Notes: generated by a model from the letters alone, not told the origin. Numbered from the stretch's first letter, positions 49,708 through 59,650 are shown. The stretch is 64,000 nt of DNA from Candidatus Nomurabacteria bacterium (GCA_943350875.1 CALRAL010000001.1:165017-229016), one strand, 5' to 3'. Numbers and translations are program-made.

Positions 49708-50769
49708 ATGGAAAACATTGGATTCATAATAGTCGTGGTTTTAATAGGAGTAATTGCTTATCTTTTATTTGGTAAAAAAAAGAGTGACCCGTCTGTCAAC
49801 GAGGCAAGAGAAAATAATGTAGGTTTACAACTTATACTACAGCAATTAAACGAACTTTCTAGAACTGTTGATAATAAAATCGGTGAATCCCAAAAACAAG
49901 TAAATGAGAGTCTGCGCTACCATTCCACGGAATCAAATAAAATAATCCGTGAGATTACCGAGGAGCTTGTGCGGGTGTCTGAAGGCCAGAAGCAAGTCGT
50001 GGGCTTTGCGGACCAGCTCCAAGATTTGCAAAATATTTTGAAAAATCCAAAACAGCGTGGAATCCTCGGTGAATATTTTTTGGAGACAGTTCTGAAGAAC
50101 GTCTTGCCCGATGGGAGCTATCAGATGCAATACGAATTCCCTGACAAAACTATTGTGGATGCTGTGGTATTTGTAAAAGATAAAATAATCCCGATAGACT
50201 CCAAATTCTCCCTTGAAAACTATAACAAAATGGTAGAAGAAAATAATCCTGCTGAAAGAAAGAGACTGGAAACTATTTTTATAAATGACCTTAAAAATAG
50301 GATTACCGAAACTGCTAAATATGTGAAGCCTAACGAGGGCACTACGGACTTTGCCTTTATGTTCATCCCTCATGAAGCTATATATTATGATTTACTTGTA
50401 AATAAAATCGGCGGACTGAAAGATGAAGAGAATGAGAACCTCATTCAAAGAGCAGCAGGAAAATACAAAGTCATCATCACCTCGCCTACTTCATTTTTGG
50501 CATATTTACAAACTGTGCTCCAAGGATTGAAAGCCCTCAAAATAGAAGAATCAGCTAAAGAGATAATAAAGAGAGTGGGAGAATTAGGAAAACATTTGAA
50601 ATCCTACGATGAATACCATGGCAAACTCGGGAATGCACTTTCGACTGCATTTAATCATTATAATTTCTCTAGTAAAGAATTAAAAAAAATAGATAAAGAT
50701 ATCCTGCGCATTTCCGGCGTCTCGCCCGAGATTTTGGCTCTGTCTATAGATAAACCAAACGAAGAGTAA
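49708..50769 (+). CDS. rmuC: DNA recombination protein RmuC
   Basis: PKQRGILGE, IDSKF, FAFMFIPHE and SPTSF motifs. Confidence 0.92.
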   Translation: MENIGFIIVVVLIGVIAYLLFGKKKSDPSVNEARENNVGLQLILQQLNELSRTVDNKIGESQKQVNESLRYHSTESNKIIREITEELVRVSEGQKQVVGFADQLQDLQNILKNPKQRGILGEYFLETVLKNVLPDGSYQMQYEFPDKTIVDAVVFVKDKIIPIDSKFSLENYNKMVEENNPAERKRLETIFINDLKNRITETAKYVKPNEGTTDFAFMFIPHEAIYYDLLVNKIGGLKDEENENLIQRAAGKYKVIITSPTSFLAYLQTVLQGLKALKIEESAKEIIKRVGELGKHLKSYDEYHGKLGNALSTAFNHYNFSSKELKKIDKDILRISGVSPEILALSIDKPNEE

Positions 50770-50795
50770 TCTGCAGAAGCCTTGCTTCTGCAGAT
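50769..50795. repeat. Perfect hairpin after rmuC (REP-like or terminator)
   Basis: ATCTGCAGAAGC-CTT-GCTTCTGCAGAT. Confidence 0.65.
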
Positions 50796-50887
50796 AGTTG
50801 ACATTTTTGTGGTTTGGGTATATAATGTAAGTAAATTAATTCATCTTGCTCTTTGCAAGAATTTCAAAAAAATAAATTTATTTTCAT

Positions 50888-51205
50888 ATGGAAAGAGAAA
50901 TTAATGTGACGATTGGAAAAACGTTACAAAAATTCAAACTTCTTGTTCTTTTTGATGAAAAACTCGAAGAGTGTTTTAAAAAAAAGAACATTAAAATTTC
51001 CCAAGATTCTACTTTTGGGAAAGCCTTACGAGGAAAAGTAGTCGGGGACATAGGGTCTTATGTCATCCGAAATGAAAACTTAGTGCAATTCCATGTAAGA
51101 GGAGTTGTAGAAACAAACAACAAAAATTCCAATTCAAAAACCATTGGGATTGGAAATTGTTTAGTGCAACACTCTTCAGTAGAAAGAGGCAGTTGGGATA
51201 ATTAA
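50888..51205 (+). CDS. Hypothetical protein with GreA/GreB C-terminal-like motif
   Basis: ISQDSTFGKALRGKVVGD; own promoter (TTGACA...TATAAT at about 50799-50826) and downstream hairpin. Confidence 0.55.
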   Translation: MEREINVTIGKTLQKFKLLVLFDEKLEECFKKKNIKISQDSTFGKALRGKVVGDIGSYVIRNENLVQFHVRGVVETNNKNSNSKTIGIGNCLVQHSSVERGSWDN

Positions 51206-51212
51206 AAAGATT

Positions 51213-51249
51213 TTAGCGCATTTCTCAGGGGAGATGCGCTAATTTTTTT
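51213..51249 (+). terminator. Intrinsic terminator
   Basis: TTAGCGCAT...ATGCGCTAA followed by a T-run. Confidence 0.75.
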
Positions 51250-51283
51250 ATTTTTTTCTTCAAAAATGCTATATTTTGTATAT

Positions 51284-51355
51284 GGCTCTATCGTCTAACG
51301 GTCAGGACACATCCTTCTCAAGGATGGAATCAGAGTTCGATTCTCTGTAGAGTCA
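51284..51355 (+). tRNA. tRNA-Glu(CTC)
   Basis: GGCTCTA...TAGAGTCA; anticodon arm CATCC-TTCTCAA-GGATG. Confidence 0.93.
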
Positions 51356-51488
51356 CAAAAAAGAGAAAACCCTTATTTATAAGGCTTATTCGCTAAAAGC
51401 TTGCATTTTTTATATGGATATGGTATACTATACTATATACAGAGTTTTTCGTAAATAACAATATGTATCACAAATGAAAGGAATTGAT

Positions 51489-51653
51489 ATGAATACTATC
51501 AATCCACCAGTGGTCACTGGATTAAAACCGACCAAAAAAGAGAAAGTGATAGGAATACTTTCTATCATTGGTATAATATTGATGTTTATCCTTTTATTTT
51601 GGAAAGCATCAATAGAAAATGTGCCAAACAGTACATGGCCATTCTCACATTAA
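51489..51653 (+). CDS. Putative small single-TM protein (54 aa)
   Basis: MNTINPPV...VIGILSIIGIILMFILLFW...; upstream promoter and AAAGGA; downstream TACGCCC/GGGCGTA hairpin. Confidence 0.5.
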   Translation: MNTINPPVVTGLKPTKKEKVIGILSIIGIILMFILLFWKASIENVPNSTWPFSH

Positions 51654-51694
51654 AATTACGCCCGACTGTTAACCACACAGAAGGGCGTATTTTT

Positions 51695-53623
51695 TTATTT
51701 TTTTAAACCCCTCGTCAAAGCTTTTAGAATAATGTCAAGCTTCATTGTAGCCACGCCTACGACTGTATCTGCTCCGCCGTAATATATATAAACTAAATCA
51801 TTCTGCACTACCATCCCGCACGGGAAAACTACATTGTTCACAATTCCTACTTTTTCATATTGTTCTTTTGGCTCAAATATCGCATCAGTAGAACGAGCGA
51901 GGACTATCGCTGGATCTTTCAGATCAAGTAAAACTACCCCCACCCGATAAGTGTTATGACTCTTTGAAACTCCATGATAAATAAGAAGCCAGCCGTATTT
52001 TGTTTTTATAGGAGGAGCAGAAATACCGACTTTTGCACTATCCCACGTATTTGTCCTAGCGCCTATTATTCTGATACACCTCTTCACTGTTTCCTTTTTG
52101 AAATCAAGAGATTTAAAATAATCTGCGCAAATCTGATCCCCTACCCGATGCAAAATACAGTACTGTCCTTTTATTTTCTCTGGAAAAATACAAGTATCTT
52201 TGTCATCAAACCCAGCCGGAGTGATGAGAATAGGCTTCTCCCATTTCCAATTTTTATCCAAAAAATTTTTTTCTTTGACAGAGGTAATGGCAACTCTAGG
52301 AGGACCAATGCCATCAAAAGCGGTATAACACATGTAGATAGTGTTCCCTATCTTGGTCAAACGCGGATCTTCACAACCAGAACTTCCCCCCACTACTTTC
52401 TTTGATTCAAAATCCTCTCTCGGACTATAAATCGGTATAGAAAGTCTTTCTAAAATATTCACTCCATCTTTGGTCGAAGCATAACCAATAGATGAAGTAT
52501 TGTCTTCCGAAAGCGCCCTGTATAAAATGTGTATTGTATTTCTGATACGAAGCGCGCTTGGATTAAAAGCTGCTTTTGCTTCAAAAGAATTATTTTTATT
52601 AGGCAAAATTATAGGATTCTTTGGTGAACGTTTAAAATGCCAATCTGCACTTTTGTCTTTATGAATAGTTGATATTAAATCAGTCAGATTCACATAAGCC
52701 ATACACCCAGTTGTATCAGAAGCGCCATAATAAATATGAAGTGTATCCTTTTTAAGGATTGCTCCCGAAGGAAAAACAATATTTGGTACATAGCCTGAAA
52801 GCTCATACGGCTCGCTCGGCACTAATAAAGGCCCATAAGTGCGACCGATTATCTTGAATGGATTATTTGGATCTAGAAGTATCGCTTCAATTCCAAAAAT
52901 CTTGTCTAAATTGCTTCCAGGAAAATAATTCTGGATATGAGAATAAATGAGTAGCCAACCGTATTTTGTTTTTATCGGTGTAGCGCCAACTTCAATATGA
53001 TCATATTGATTCCTTTTTAAATCAATAATATGTTTATCTAATTCTTTATACCATTTATCCCAAAACTTTTGATCCCATAATTCTTCTATCTTATCCACTT
53101 GGGCTATGGCTATTTTGGCTGGAGGCATATCTGTATTTACAGCTAGTATGACCGTGATCTTGCCATCTACCCGTTGTGGAAAAAGAGTCATCGCTTTAGC
53201 ATTAAATGGAGTCACTAAATACTTTTCTTTCACCTTTTTTAAATCTTTTGAAATTGCCAAACCGACTTTTATACCACTTGCTTCAAATGGATACTTCGAA
53301 AGCGCTGTGTAAAAAACATAATAATGTCCTTCAAAATAAGTGACCCGAGGATCTTCACAACCATATTTATCCCATTCCTCTGTGGGAGTGATAAAAGGCA
53401 TTCGATCTTCGAAATGAATTCCATCTTTGCTTTTCCCTATGCCTATTACTGAGATATTTTTCTCTTGCTCCATTTCATCTCTGGCAGAAATAGCGCGATA
53501 AAATCCGAAAAAAGTGGCACCTTTCTTTATCACACTCATATTAAAAGTGGCAAATGCTTCCCAGTAATGGTTCCTATCTGGGACAAGTATTGGATTGTGC
53601 TCTGATCTTTTTACTACAAACAT
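51695..53623 (-). CDS. Tandem two-domain GH130-type glycosidase/mannoside phosphorylase
   Basis: Two copies of the NPI-(F)N-GCEDPR-VVFP-YYG pattern. Confidence 0.85.
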   Translation of the reverse strand: MFVVKRSEHNPILVPDRNHYWEAFATFNMSVIKKGATFFGFYRAISARDEMEQEKNISVIGIGKSKDGIHFEDRMPFITPTEEWDKYGCEDPRVTYFEGHYYVFYTALSKYPFEASGIKVGLAISKDLKKVKEKYLVTPFNAKAMTLFPQRVDGKITVILAVNTDMPPAKIAIAQVDKIEELWDQKFWDKWYKELDKHIIDLKRNQYDHIEVGATPIKTKYGWLLIYSHIQNYFPGSNLDKIFGIEAILLDPNNPFKIIGRTYGPLLVPSEPYELSGYVPNIVFPSGAILKKDTLHIYYGASDTTGCMAYVNLTDLISTIHKDKSADWHFKRSPKNPIILPNKNNSFEAKAAFNPSALRIRNTIHILYRALSEDNTSSIGYASTKDGVNILERLSIPIYSPREDFESKKVVGGSSGCEDPRLTKIGNTIYMCYTAFDGIGPPRVAITSVKEKNFLDKNWKWEKPILITPAGFDDKDTCIFPEKIKGQYCILHRVGDQICADYFKSLDFKKETVKRCIRIIGARTNTWDSAKVGISAPPIKTKYGWLLIYHGVSKSHNTYRVGVVLLDLKDPAIVLARSTDAIFEPKEQYEKVGIVNNVVFPCGMVVQNDLVYIYYGGADTVVGVATMKLDIILKALTRGLKK

Positions 53624-53627
53624 AAAA

Positions 53628-54782
53628 TTAAACTCCTACCACAGATTTTTTAGAAAGCACTGCGTTGCCTTTTGTTTTTAATTTATGAATAAAATCTTCT
53701 AAGTCTGCAGCAGCGACAGCGATATGTTTATCTCCTCCTCCATAATAAAGGAACAAGGTTTCATCCCCGTCTTGCATCGAGGTAGGTTTTATTACTGCTC
53801 CGCTCACATACACTATCCCTGGTTTCCAATCGTTCTCATACCATTCATCTGGTTCTAAAACCGGATGGATTGCTCGATAGAGGACTTTTGTAGGATCTTT
53901 TAAATCCAGTAAAAGAGCTCCGACTTTATATCGATTCGGATCATCTTTGTCCATCGCATGATAGAAAAGTAGCCAGCCGTCTTTGATCTTTATGGGAGGA
54001 GCGGCAGCACTACGAGTGCGATTGTGCCAAGCAACTATGTGGTCAGGTAAAGTATGTGGATCGGGTGCATCTGCTTGTGTAGGAGCTTCTGACATATCAA
54101 GCTTATTCATAAAGGCAATATGCACCCTAGATGCATCCCCTTTGTCTAGATTATGAAAAACAGCAAATTTACCGTTTATTTTTTCTGGAAACAAAACCCA
54201 ATTCTTCTGTCTGTCTCCTGGACGAGAAAGATAAGTAAATTTACTCCAATCCCATATATTATTCTTTATATTTTCTGCTTTAATAGAAGTGACAGCGACT
54301 CGCATAGAATTCCAACCATTAAACATATTAAATGTCATATACGCATGATCATCTATTTTCACTACTCTCGGATCTTCACATCCACCCCATCCACCTCCTG
54401 AAGCATAAAGACTGGTGTTATAGACTAAACGAGCTGGAGAAGTATAAGAGTAATGCTTAGTCGCCTCCCACCTTTCTTCCGCAGAATAAACCGGGAATGG
54501 TGATCTATCGTGGAAATGTACACCGTCTTTACTTGAAATATGTCCTACCCGTGACACTCCATCATTCCCCAAGGCTCGATAAAAAAGGTGCACCCGTCCA
54601 TCATAAAATAAAGCTCCGGGATTAAAAACAGCTTGATTCTCCCAAGATGAACTTTGAAGTGGTTCTATTATTGGATTCTCTTTAGACTTTTTAACCAAAG
54701 ATGAAACTTTCTTCTTTACTGTTCTTTTTTTAAGAACTTTCTTTTTTATTATTTTTTTCTTTTTAAGCGCGGCCATATTCAT
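53628..54782 (-). CDS. GH130-type glycosidase/mannoside phosphorylase
   Basis: VFNPG, GCEDPR, KNWVLFPEKING and YYGG motifs. Confidence 0.85.
   Translation of the reverse strand: MNMAALKKKKIIKKKVLKKRTVKKKVSSLVKKSKENPIIEPLQSSSWENQAVFNPGALFYDGRVHLFYRALGNDGVSRVGHISSKDGVHFHDRSPFPVYSAEERWEATKHYSYTSPARLVYNTSLYASGGGWGGCEDPRVVKIDDHAYMTFNMFNGWNSMRVAVTSIKAENIKNNIWDWSKFTYLSRPGDRQKNWVLFPEKINGKFAVFHNLDKGDASRVHIAFMNKLDMSEAPTQADAPDPHTLPDHIVAWHNRTRSAAAPPIKIKDGWLLFYHAMDKDDPNRYKVGALLLDLKDPTKVLYRAIHPVLEPDEWYENDWKPGIVYVSGAVIKPTSMQDGDETLFLYYGGGDKHIAVAAADLEDFIHKLKTKGNAVLSKKSVVGV
53766..53786. repeat. Degenerate 21-bp CCCG-hairpin element in frame (PTSMQDG)
   Basis: CCCGTCTTGCATCGAGGTAGG; removal gives GAVIKDETLFLYYG. 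Confidence 0.6.
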
Positions 54783-55104
54783 CTTTTATCCTAATAATAT
54801 CGTTCTCGTCAAAATCCCCTTCTGCTATCTCTAGTACTTGCACAGTATCATTTTTAGCTCCTAATCTATGTGGTTCTAATTTATTTATGAAAAACTCATC
54901 CCCGGGAGACGCATCTATAGTTTTATCTCCAATAGTCACCAACGGATGCCCAGAAAGCACTCGCCAGAATTCTGTACGATTATTGTGATATTGCAAGCTG
55001 AGCGAACTATTTGGATTCACCGTAATTATTTTGACAGTGGATATCTCATTGTGAGTAAATTGCTCAAATTCTCCCCATGGCTTTTTCACGGTAAGTATTT
55101 TCAT
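54763..55104 (-). CDS. Cupin, phosphomannose isomerase type II C-terminal-like
   Basis: KPWG, LSLQYH..RTEFW, HRL and DENDIIRIKDEYGR motifs. Confidence 0.88.
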   Translation of the reverse strand: MKILTVKKPWGEFEQFTHNEISTVKIITVNPNSSLSLQYHNNRTEFWRVLSGHPLVTIGDKTIDASPGDEFFINKLEPHRLGAKNDTVQVLEIAEGDFDENDIIRIKDEYGRA

Positions 55105-55169
55105 ATTATTTAAAATAAATAATACCCTCCTAATTATATAACTAAACTATTTCTAAGCCAATACATAAA

Positions 55170-55925
55170 TTACTTAAAAGATAATATCTTCTGCATCAAC
55201 ATATCAGCCGGTAGATATTTACCTAAAAGTGGCACGTAAAACTTGCCATTTACCCTATCTTTATCAGCTGATATAGGTATTCCAGCCTCCCCTAAAAGCT
55301 CAAGATCATTGTAATTATCCCCAATAGCCATGACATTTTCTTTCTTTAATTTAAATATCTTCATCGCGCATTTTAACCCAAAAGCTTTAGTTTGATTCCT
55401 CTTTATCCCTATATCGTACGCTTCACCATTCCAAACAGTATAAAGTCTGTCCTCTTTTTTTACTAAATTCTCTATCTCTTGCACCATCTTTTTGCAATGG
55501 ATAGTGATGATGAATTCTTTTGGTTCAAAACCTTTCACATCTTTATTTTTTGCTGTCACCTTTTTCAACTTTGGAAAAATATCTTGCATATATTCAAAAC
55601 TATTTATATGCTGATATATCTTGCCTTTGTACCAAGTCGCACTGCCGTTCTCATATGTCAAACTAACAAAAGGCAATATCTCACGAAACATCTCTTGCAA
55701 CATATAGAGCCCTCGCCCAGAACTTATATTCACCAGAAAACCTTTTTTATTTAATTCTTCGATTTGTCTTATTTGCTTTTCATTTATTACTTTTGTCTCT
55801 AAAGTCGTCGTATTGCCTACTTGTTTTATTTTTGTCCCTCTCGGCACTAGCACTCCATCCACATCAAAAACAATCATTTTGATTTTATTTATATCGCTCG
55901 GCAACATTTCATTTAATAGTTTCAT
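55170..55925 (-). CDS. HAD family IIB hydrolase (possible phosphomutase/phosphatase)
   Basis: FDVDGVL, SSGR, ENG, K and IGDNYND motifs. Confidence 0.85.
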   Translation of the reverse strand: MKLLNEMLPSDINKIKMIVFDVDGVLVPRGTKIKQVGNTTTLETKVINEKQIRQIEELNKKGFLVNISSGRGLYMLQEMFREILPFVSLTYENGSATWYKGKIYQHINSFEYMQDIFPKLKKVTAKNKDVKGFEPKEFIITIHCKKMVQEIENLVKKEDRLYTVWNGEAYDIGIKRNQTKAFGLKCAMKIFKLKKENVMAIGDNYNDLELLGEAGIPISADKDRVNGKFYVPLLGKYLPADMLMQKILSFK

Positions 55926-55965
55926 CTTTCTATTATACCACTTATTTCTTTTTATTCCTTATAAA

Positions 55966-56002
55966 AAAAATCATAATTACCTTTGGAGTAATTATGATTT
56001 TT
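55966..56002. terminator. Hairpin with A/T tails, probable bidirectional terminator
   Basis: AAAAATCATAATTAC...GTAATTATGATTTTT. Confidence 0.65.
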
Positions 56003-56014
56003 CATTTTTTATCA

Positions 56015-56122
56015 TTAATAATTAATTATTAATGATAAAACAAACAAAACTATGCCTACGTAGATTGGAATCCAAGCAATTGCCGGAATTTTATCTTCGT
56101 AGACTATTTTTATAGTATTCAT
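56015..56122 (-). CDS. Putative small single-TM peptide (35 aa)
   Basis: MNTIKIVYEDKIPAIAWIPIYVGIVLFVLSLIINY*. Confidence 0.4.
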   Translation of the reverse strand: MNTIKIVYEDKIPAIAWIPIYVGIVLFVLSLIINY

Positions 56123-56208
56123 ATAAAATACGATTTAATTTTAAAAAATCCCTTGTACTTATAAAAACAAAAAACAAGGCTTACTTCATTTTTAATATAA
56201 CACAATTT

Positions 56209-57558
56209 CTATTCTTTCACAATCCATTCAAGTTCTTGCCTGACGAGGAGATTTTTCTTATTTGCTTGATCTTGTAAGATAGCTTCTACTGCCCGTTCCA
56301 TTCGCATACCTTGCGAACCTTTAATGAGGACTATATCGTTTGTATTTACGAAAGTTTTCAAAAATTCTCCAGCTTCACGTGAATCTGAAAACTCAAATAT
56401 TTTTTGATTATCCATATTTGCTTCAATAGCACCATCTTTTATAGATTTAGCCCTTTGACCCACAACTATTAAAACATTTGCGTTTTCTTTAGCAATTTTC
56501 CCGACATTTTCATGCGCTTCTTTTGTATGTTTGCCTAATTCAAGCATATCACCTAAAACTGTAATTTTCCTGCCCGCCTGCGCTGGCAGGCCATTTTGTT
56601 TTATTCCCCCCAAAGTTTTTAAAGCTGACTCTGACGCAAAAGGGGAAGAATTGTAAGTATCATCTATAATAAGTGAATTATTTATCCCTTTTAACAACCG
56701 CATACGCCCCGCTGGGACATCATAATTCTTGAGTGCATTTATTGCTTCAAGCATATTCCACTTTAAACCAAAGGACAATGCTAAAGAGGCAAGAGAAGCA
56801 TAAATATGATTCCTGCCAAAAACTCCTTCGATAACCACAGGCAAACTACTCCCTCCCGCATCGATCCTGAATGTCACTCCTTTTGGTTCACCTGCCTGCC
56901 CTGCATGCGCAGGCATAGCAGGCAGACCCTTGTCATCATAAAATATTGCATCACCACTAGCTAAAATATCAGAATCTGAATTAAAACCGTAAGTAATGAC
57001 TATATTCTTGGTTTTATTTTTCATATCAGAAACTGCTTCATCATCATTATTTAAAATTAAAATTCCATCTTTTTTGAGAGTTTTAATCAAACTGGCTTTC
57101 TCATCTATCAAATGTTTTCGTGAATTAAAAAATTCTATATGCGCTGGAGTTTCCCCTATGGCTGTGATTATCACTGCATCAGTTTTAAGCCATGAAGCAG
57201 TTTTCTTCATATCACCAGGCTTACCTATCCCTACTTCCAAGACCAACCAATTTGGATATTTGTGTGACCATATCAAGAGCCATATACCTCGCCCTATATT
57301 TTGAAGCCAAGATAATGGGTTGTTCCAACCATTTGAAACACCTAAAATAGTAAGTGGTAAACCTATTTCACTATTAAAACTCTTCTCACTTTTCCTAACA
57401 TAGGCAAATTTTGACAAGACGGCATACACAGCATCTTTGGTAGAAGTCTTGCCTACAGATCCAGTAATAGCGATAACTTTTGGTTTATATTTCAATAATA
57501 CGAACTTGGATAAAATACGTAAAATATAAACTATAGCTTTTTTAAAAAATGATTTCAT
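56209..57558 (-). CDS. murF: UDP-MurNAc-tripeptide--D-Ala-D-Ala ligase
   Basis: ITGSVGKTSTK, NSEIGLP, DDTYNSSP, LGDMLELG and IKGSQG motifs. Confidence 0.93.
   Translation of the reverse strand: MKSFFKKAIVYILRILSKFVLLKYKPKVIAITGSVGKTSTKDAVYAVLSKFAYVRKSEKSFNSEIGLPLTILGVSNGWNNPLSWLQNIGRGIWLLIWSHKYPNWLVLEVGIGKPGDMKKTASWLKTDAVIITAIGETPAHIEFFNSRKHLIDEKASLIKTLKKDGILILNNDDEAVSDMKNKTKNIVITYGFNSDSDILASGDAIFYDDKGLPAMPAHAGQAGEPKGVTFRIDAGGSSLPVVIEGVFGRNHIYASLASLALSFGLKWNMLEAINALKNYDVPAGRMRLLKGINNSLIIDDTYNSSPFASESALKTLGGIKQNGLPAQAGRKITVLGDMLELGKHTKEAHENVGKIAKENANVLIVVGQRAKSIKDGAIEANMDNQKIFEFSDSREAGEFLKTFVNTNDIVLIKGSQGMRMERAVEAILQDQANKKNLLVRQELEWIVKE
56573..56590. repeat. 18-bp CCCG-hairpin element in frame in murF (LPAQAG)
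   Basis: CCCGCCTGCGCTGGCAGG; same ends as family A. Confidence 0.8.
56891..56926. repeat. 36-bp nested CCTG-hairpin element in frame in murF (LPAMPAHAGQAG)
   Basis: CCTGCCTGC-CCTGCATGCGCAGG-CATAGCAGGCAGA. Confidence 0.85.
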
Positions 57559-57560
57559 AT

Positions 57561-59270
57561 TCAACGGTCTGGTGGAATCTCGTAATAATTAATCAAGAAT
57601 TTAGTAATATCTAAAAATGGATCCGCCCAAGTCTGTGATGCATAAGGCACGCCTTTTGGATTCACAGCGTAAAGAAAAATGATAAATTTCGGATCATACG
57701 CAGGAAAATATCCAAAGAAAGAATGTGTATGCCTATCTTCATAATATCCCCCATCTTTTGGATTCGCAACTTGTGCCGTACCTGTTTTTACTGCCACACT
57801 GTAATGATCGAATTTAGCCAGTCCACCTTTGAGTGATTTATCCATCACCGTCACCAACATATTTGTAATCTCTTCTGATGTAGCAGGTGTTATCTTGGTA
57901 GGGATAATTGGGTAATTTATTTCTTTTTTTATACCATCATCATATTTGATTGATTTTACAAGATGTGGAGTGACTAAATTCCCACCATTTGAAAGTGAAG
58001 CTAAAGCGCGAATCATCTCGACTGGAGTAAGAGCTATACCTTGTCCAAAAGAAGCGTTAGCATATTCTATCTCGCGAGGACTGTTCAAGTTGGAAACTAA
58101 ACCACTCGTTTCGTTTGGCAGGTCAATTTCTGTTTTGTTCTTTATACCATAACCGAGTAAATAATCCCGTAATTTTTCCTTGCCCAAATATTGCTCTACA
58201 AACACCATCCCAGTATTTAAAGATTGATTCAAAACTTCTTGCATACTTGTGTTTGGACCTCTCCCTTTTTTGTCGAAATTAAATATCTCATGTTTTTCAA
58301 TAATAACAGAACCTTTGTCGTCATAAGTAGTCTGTGGGGTCAGTACTTTAGCATCGAGAGCAGCAGCCATCACGAGAGGCTTCACCACCGAGCCAAATTC
58401 CAAAACATTCTCCACTAATGGATTAGAAAAAGTGGAAGTTTTTTCTTTTGAAAAATCATTCAGGTTAAAATCAGGTTTTACTCCGAGCGCATATATAGAC
58501 CCGTCTTTAGGATTCATTATTATCCCACCGACAGAATCCACATTGTATTTATCTTTCACTTCATTTATTTTCTTTTCCAAAAAGCTCTGCATTTGCGGTT
58601 CGACAGTTGTCACTAAATTGCCCCCTTCTTCCTCGCCGTTAAATAATGTTTTACTTATATCAGAAAAAACTTCCGCAAAGAAATTCACATATACGCTACT
58701 CTTGTCCCGTGTTAAGTCCTTCTCATATTGTCTTTCTAACCCATATCGTCCAGCTAGCACGTCACCATTGTACCCGACAAAACCGATAGCGTGCGAAGCC
58801 AGATTCCCGCCTGGATAAAAACGCCATTTTTCTTTTGAAATAGACACTCCAGAGATTTTTAAGATAGAGATAGCATCGGCTTCTTCTTTGGTTAATCTAT
58901 CAGCAACTTCTTCGTAAGGATCTGCTGTTTTTTCTGCTTTGGCAATAAATTTATCATGGTCTAAGGGCAATATACTAGAGAGTTTTGTATAAACATCTTC
59001 TTTGTCTATTATTTTGCTTGGATTAATAGCGAGTTTAAAACCCGTGGCTTGAAGCGCAGAAGATACCAATCCACCATCTTTTTTTTGAAAGAAAATACTT
59101 CCCCGCTCAAAGATATCGGACGAGGAAGATACATATTGATGGTCAGCTTTTTCTAAATATGAATTATTGTTTATAATTTGCAGAGAAAAAAGTTTTCCCG
59201 CAAACACAAAAGCTATTATTAAAATAAAAAGAAATAAAACTTTGGTTCGAAAAACAAAACTATATTTCAT
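57561..59270 (-). CDS. ftsI: Division penicillin-binding protein (PBP3/FtsI)
   Basis: GSVVK, SLN and KTGTAQ motifs; dcw position after mraZ-rsmH-ftsL. Confidence 0.85.
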   Translation of the reverse strand: MKYSFVFRTKVLFLFILIIAFVFAGKLFSLQIINNNSYLEKADHQYVSSSSDIFERGSIFFQKKDGGLVSSALQATGFKLAINPSKIIDKEDVYTKLSSILPLDHDKFIAKAEKTADPYEEVADRLTKEEADAISILKISGVSISKEKWRFYPGGNLASHAIGFVGYNGDVLAGRYGLERQYEKDLTRDKSSVYVNFFAEVFSDISKTLFNGEEEGGNLVTTVEPQMQSFLEKKINEVKDKYNVDSVGGIIMNPKDGSIYALGVKPDFNLNDFSKEKTSTFSNPLVENVLEFGSVVKPLVMAAALDAKVLTPQTTYDDKGSVIIEKHEIFNFDKKGRGPNTSMQEVLNQSLNTGMVFVEQYLGKEKLRDYLLGYGIKNKTEIDLPNETSGLVSNLNSPREIEYANASFGQGIALTPVEMIRALASLSNGGNLVTPHLVKSIKYDDGIKKEINYPIIPTKITPATSEEITNMLVTVMDKSLKGGLAKFDHYSVAVKTGTAQVANPKDGGYYEDRHTHSFFGYFPAYDPKFIIFLYAVNPKGVPYASQTWADPFLDITKFLINYYEIPPDR

Positions 59271-59640
59271 TTTTAGCAATTTTTATATTACCAAAAGGAT
59301 CATTCCCCATTTTGAGGCCAACAGACTTTTTTGTAGCAAATGTCGTCTTTATCTCTTTAAAACCAAGTGCATATGAAGTAGGAAGATCTACCTTACTAGA
59401 TAATGACAAATAATTGAGCTCTAAATCCCCGACTTCGTTTGAAAGAGCTCTGGCTTGTGTCTCAAAAGTCCTTCTTTCTACTATGTTAAAGACCATATTT
59501 GCAAGGATGACTACATATACAAGACCCAAAACACCCATAGATAGAAGCATAAAACGAAACATCTTCTCCCTGAGATGAGTATCATTCATCACATCTATAT
59601 TCCCAGCATAATTCTTTATTTTTAAACTTATTTGTTTCAT
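59260..59640 (-). CDS. FtsL-like single-TM coiled-coil protein
   Basis: Position between rsmH and ftsI; TM, coiled coil and ALGF motif. Confidence 0.6.
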   Translation of the reverse strand: MKQISLKIKNYAGNIDVMNDTHLREKMFRFMLLSMGVLGLVYVVILANMVFNIVERRTFETQARALSNEVGDLELNYLSLSSKVDLPTSYALGFKEIKTTFATKKSVGLKMGNDPFGNIKIAKNEI

Positions 59641-59650
59641 TTTTTTTATT

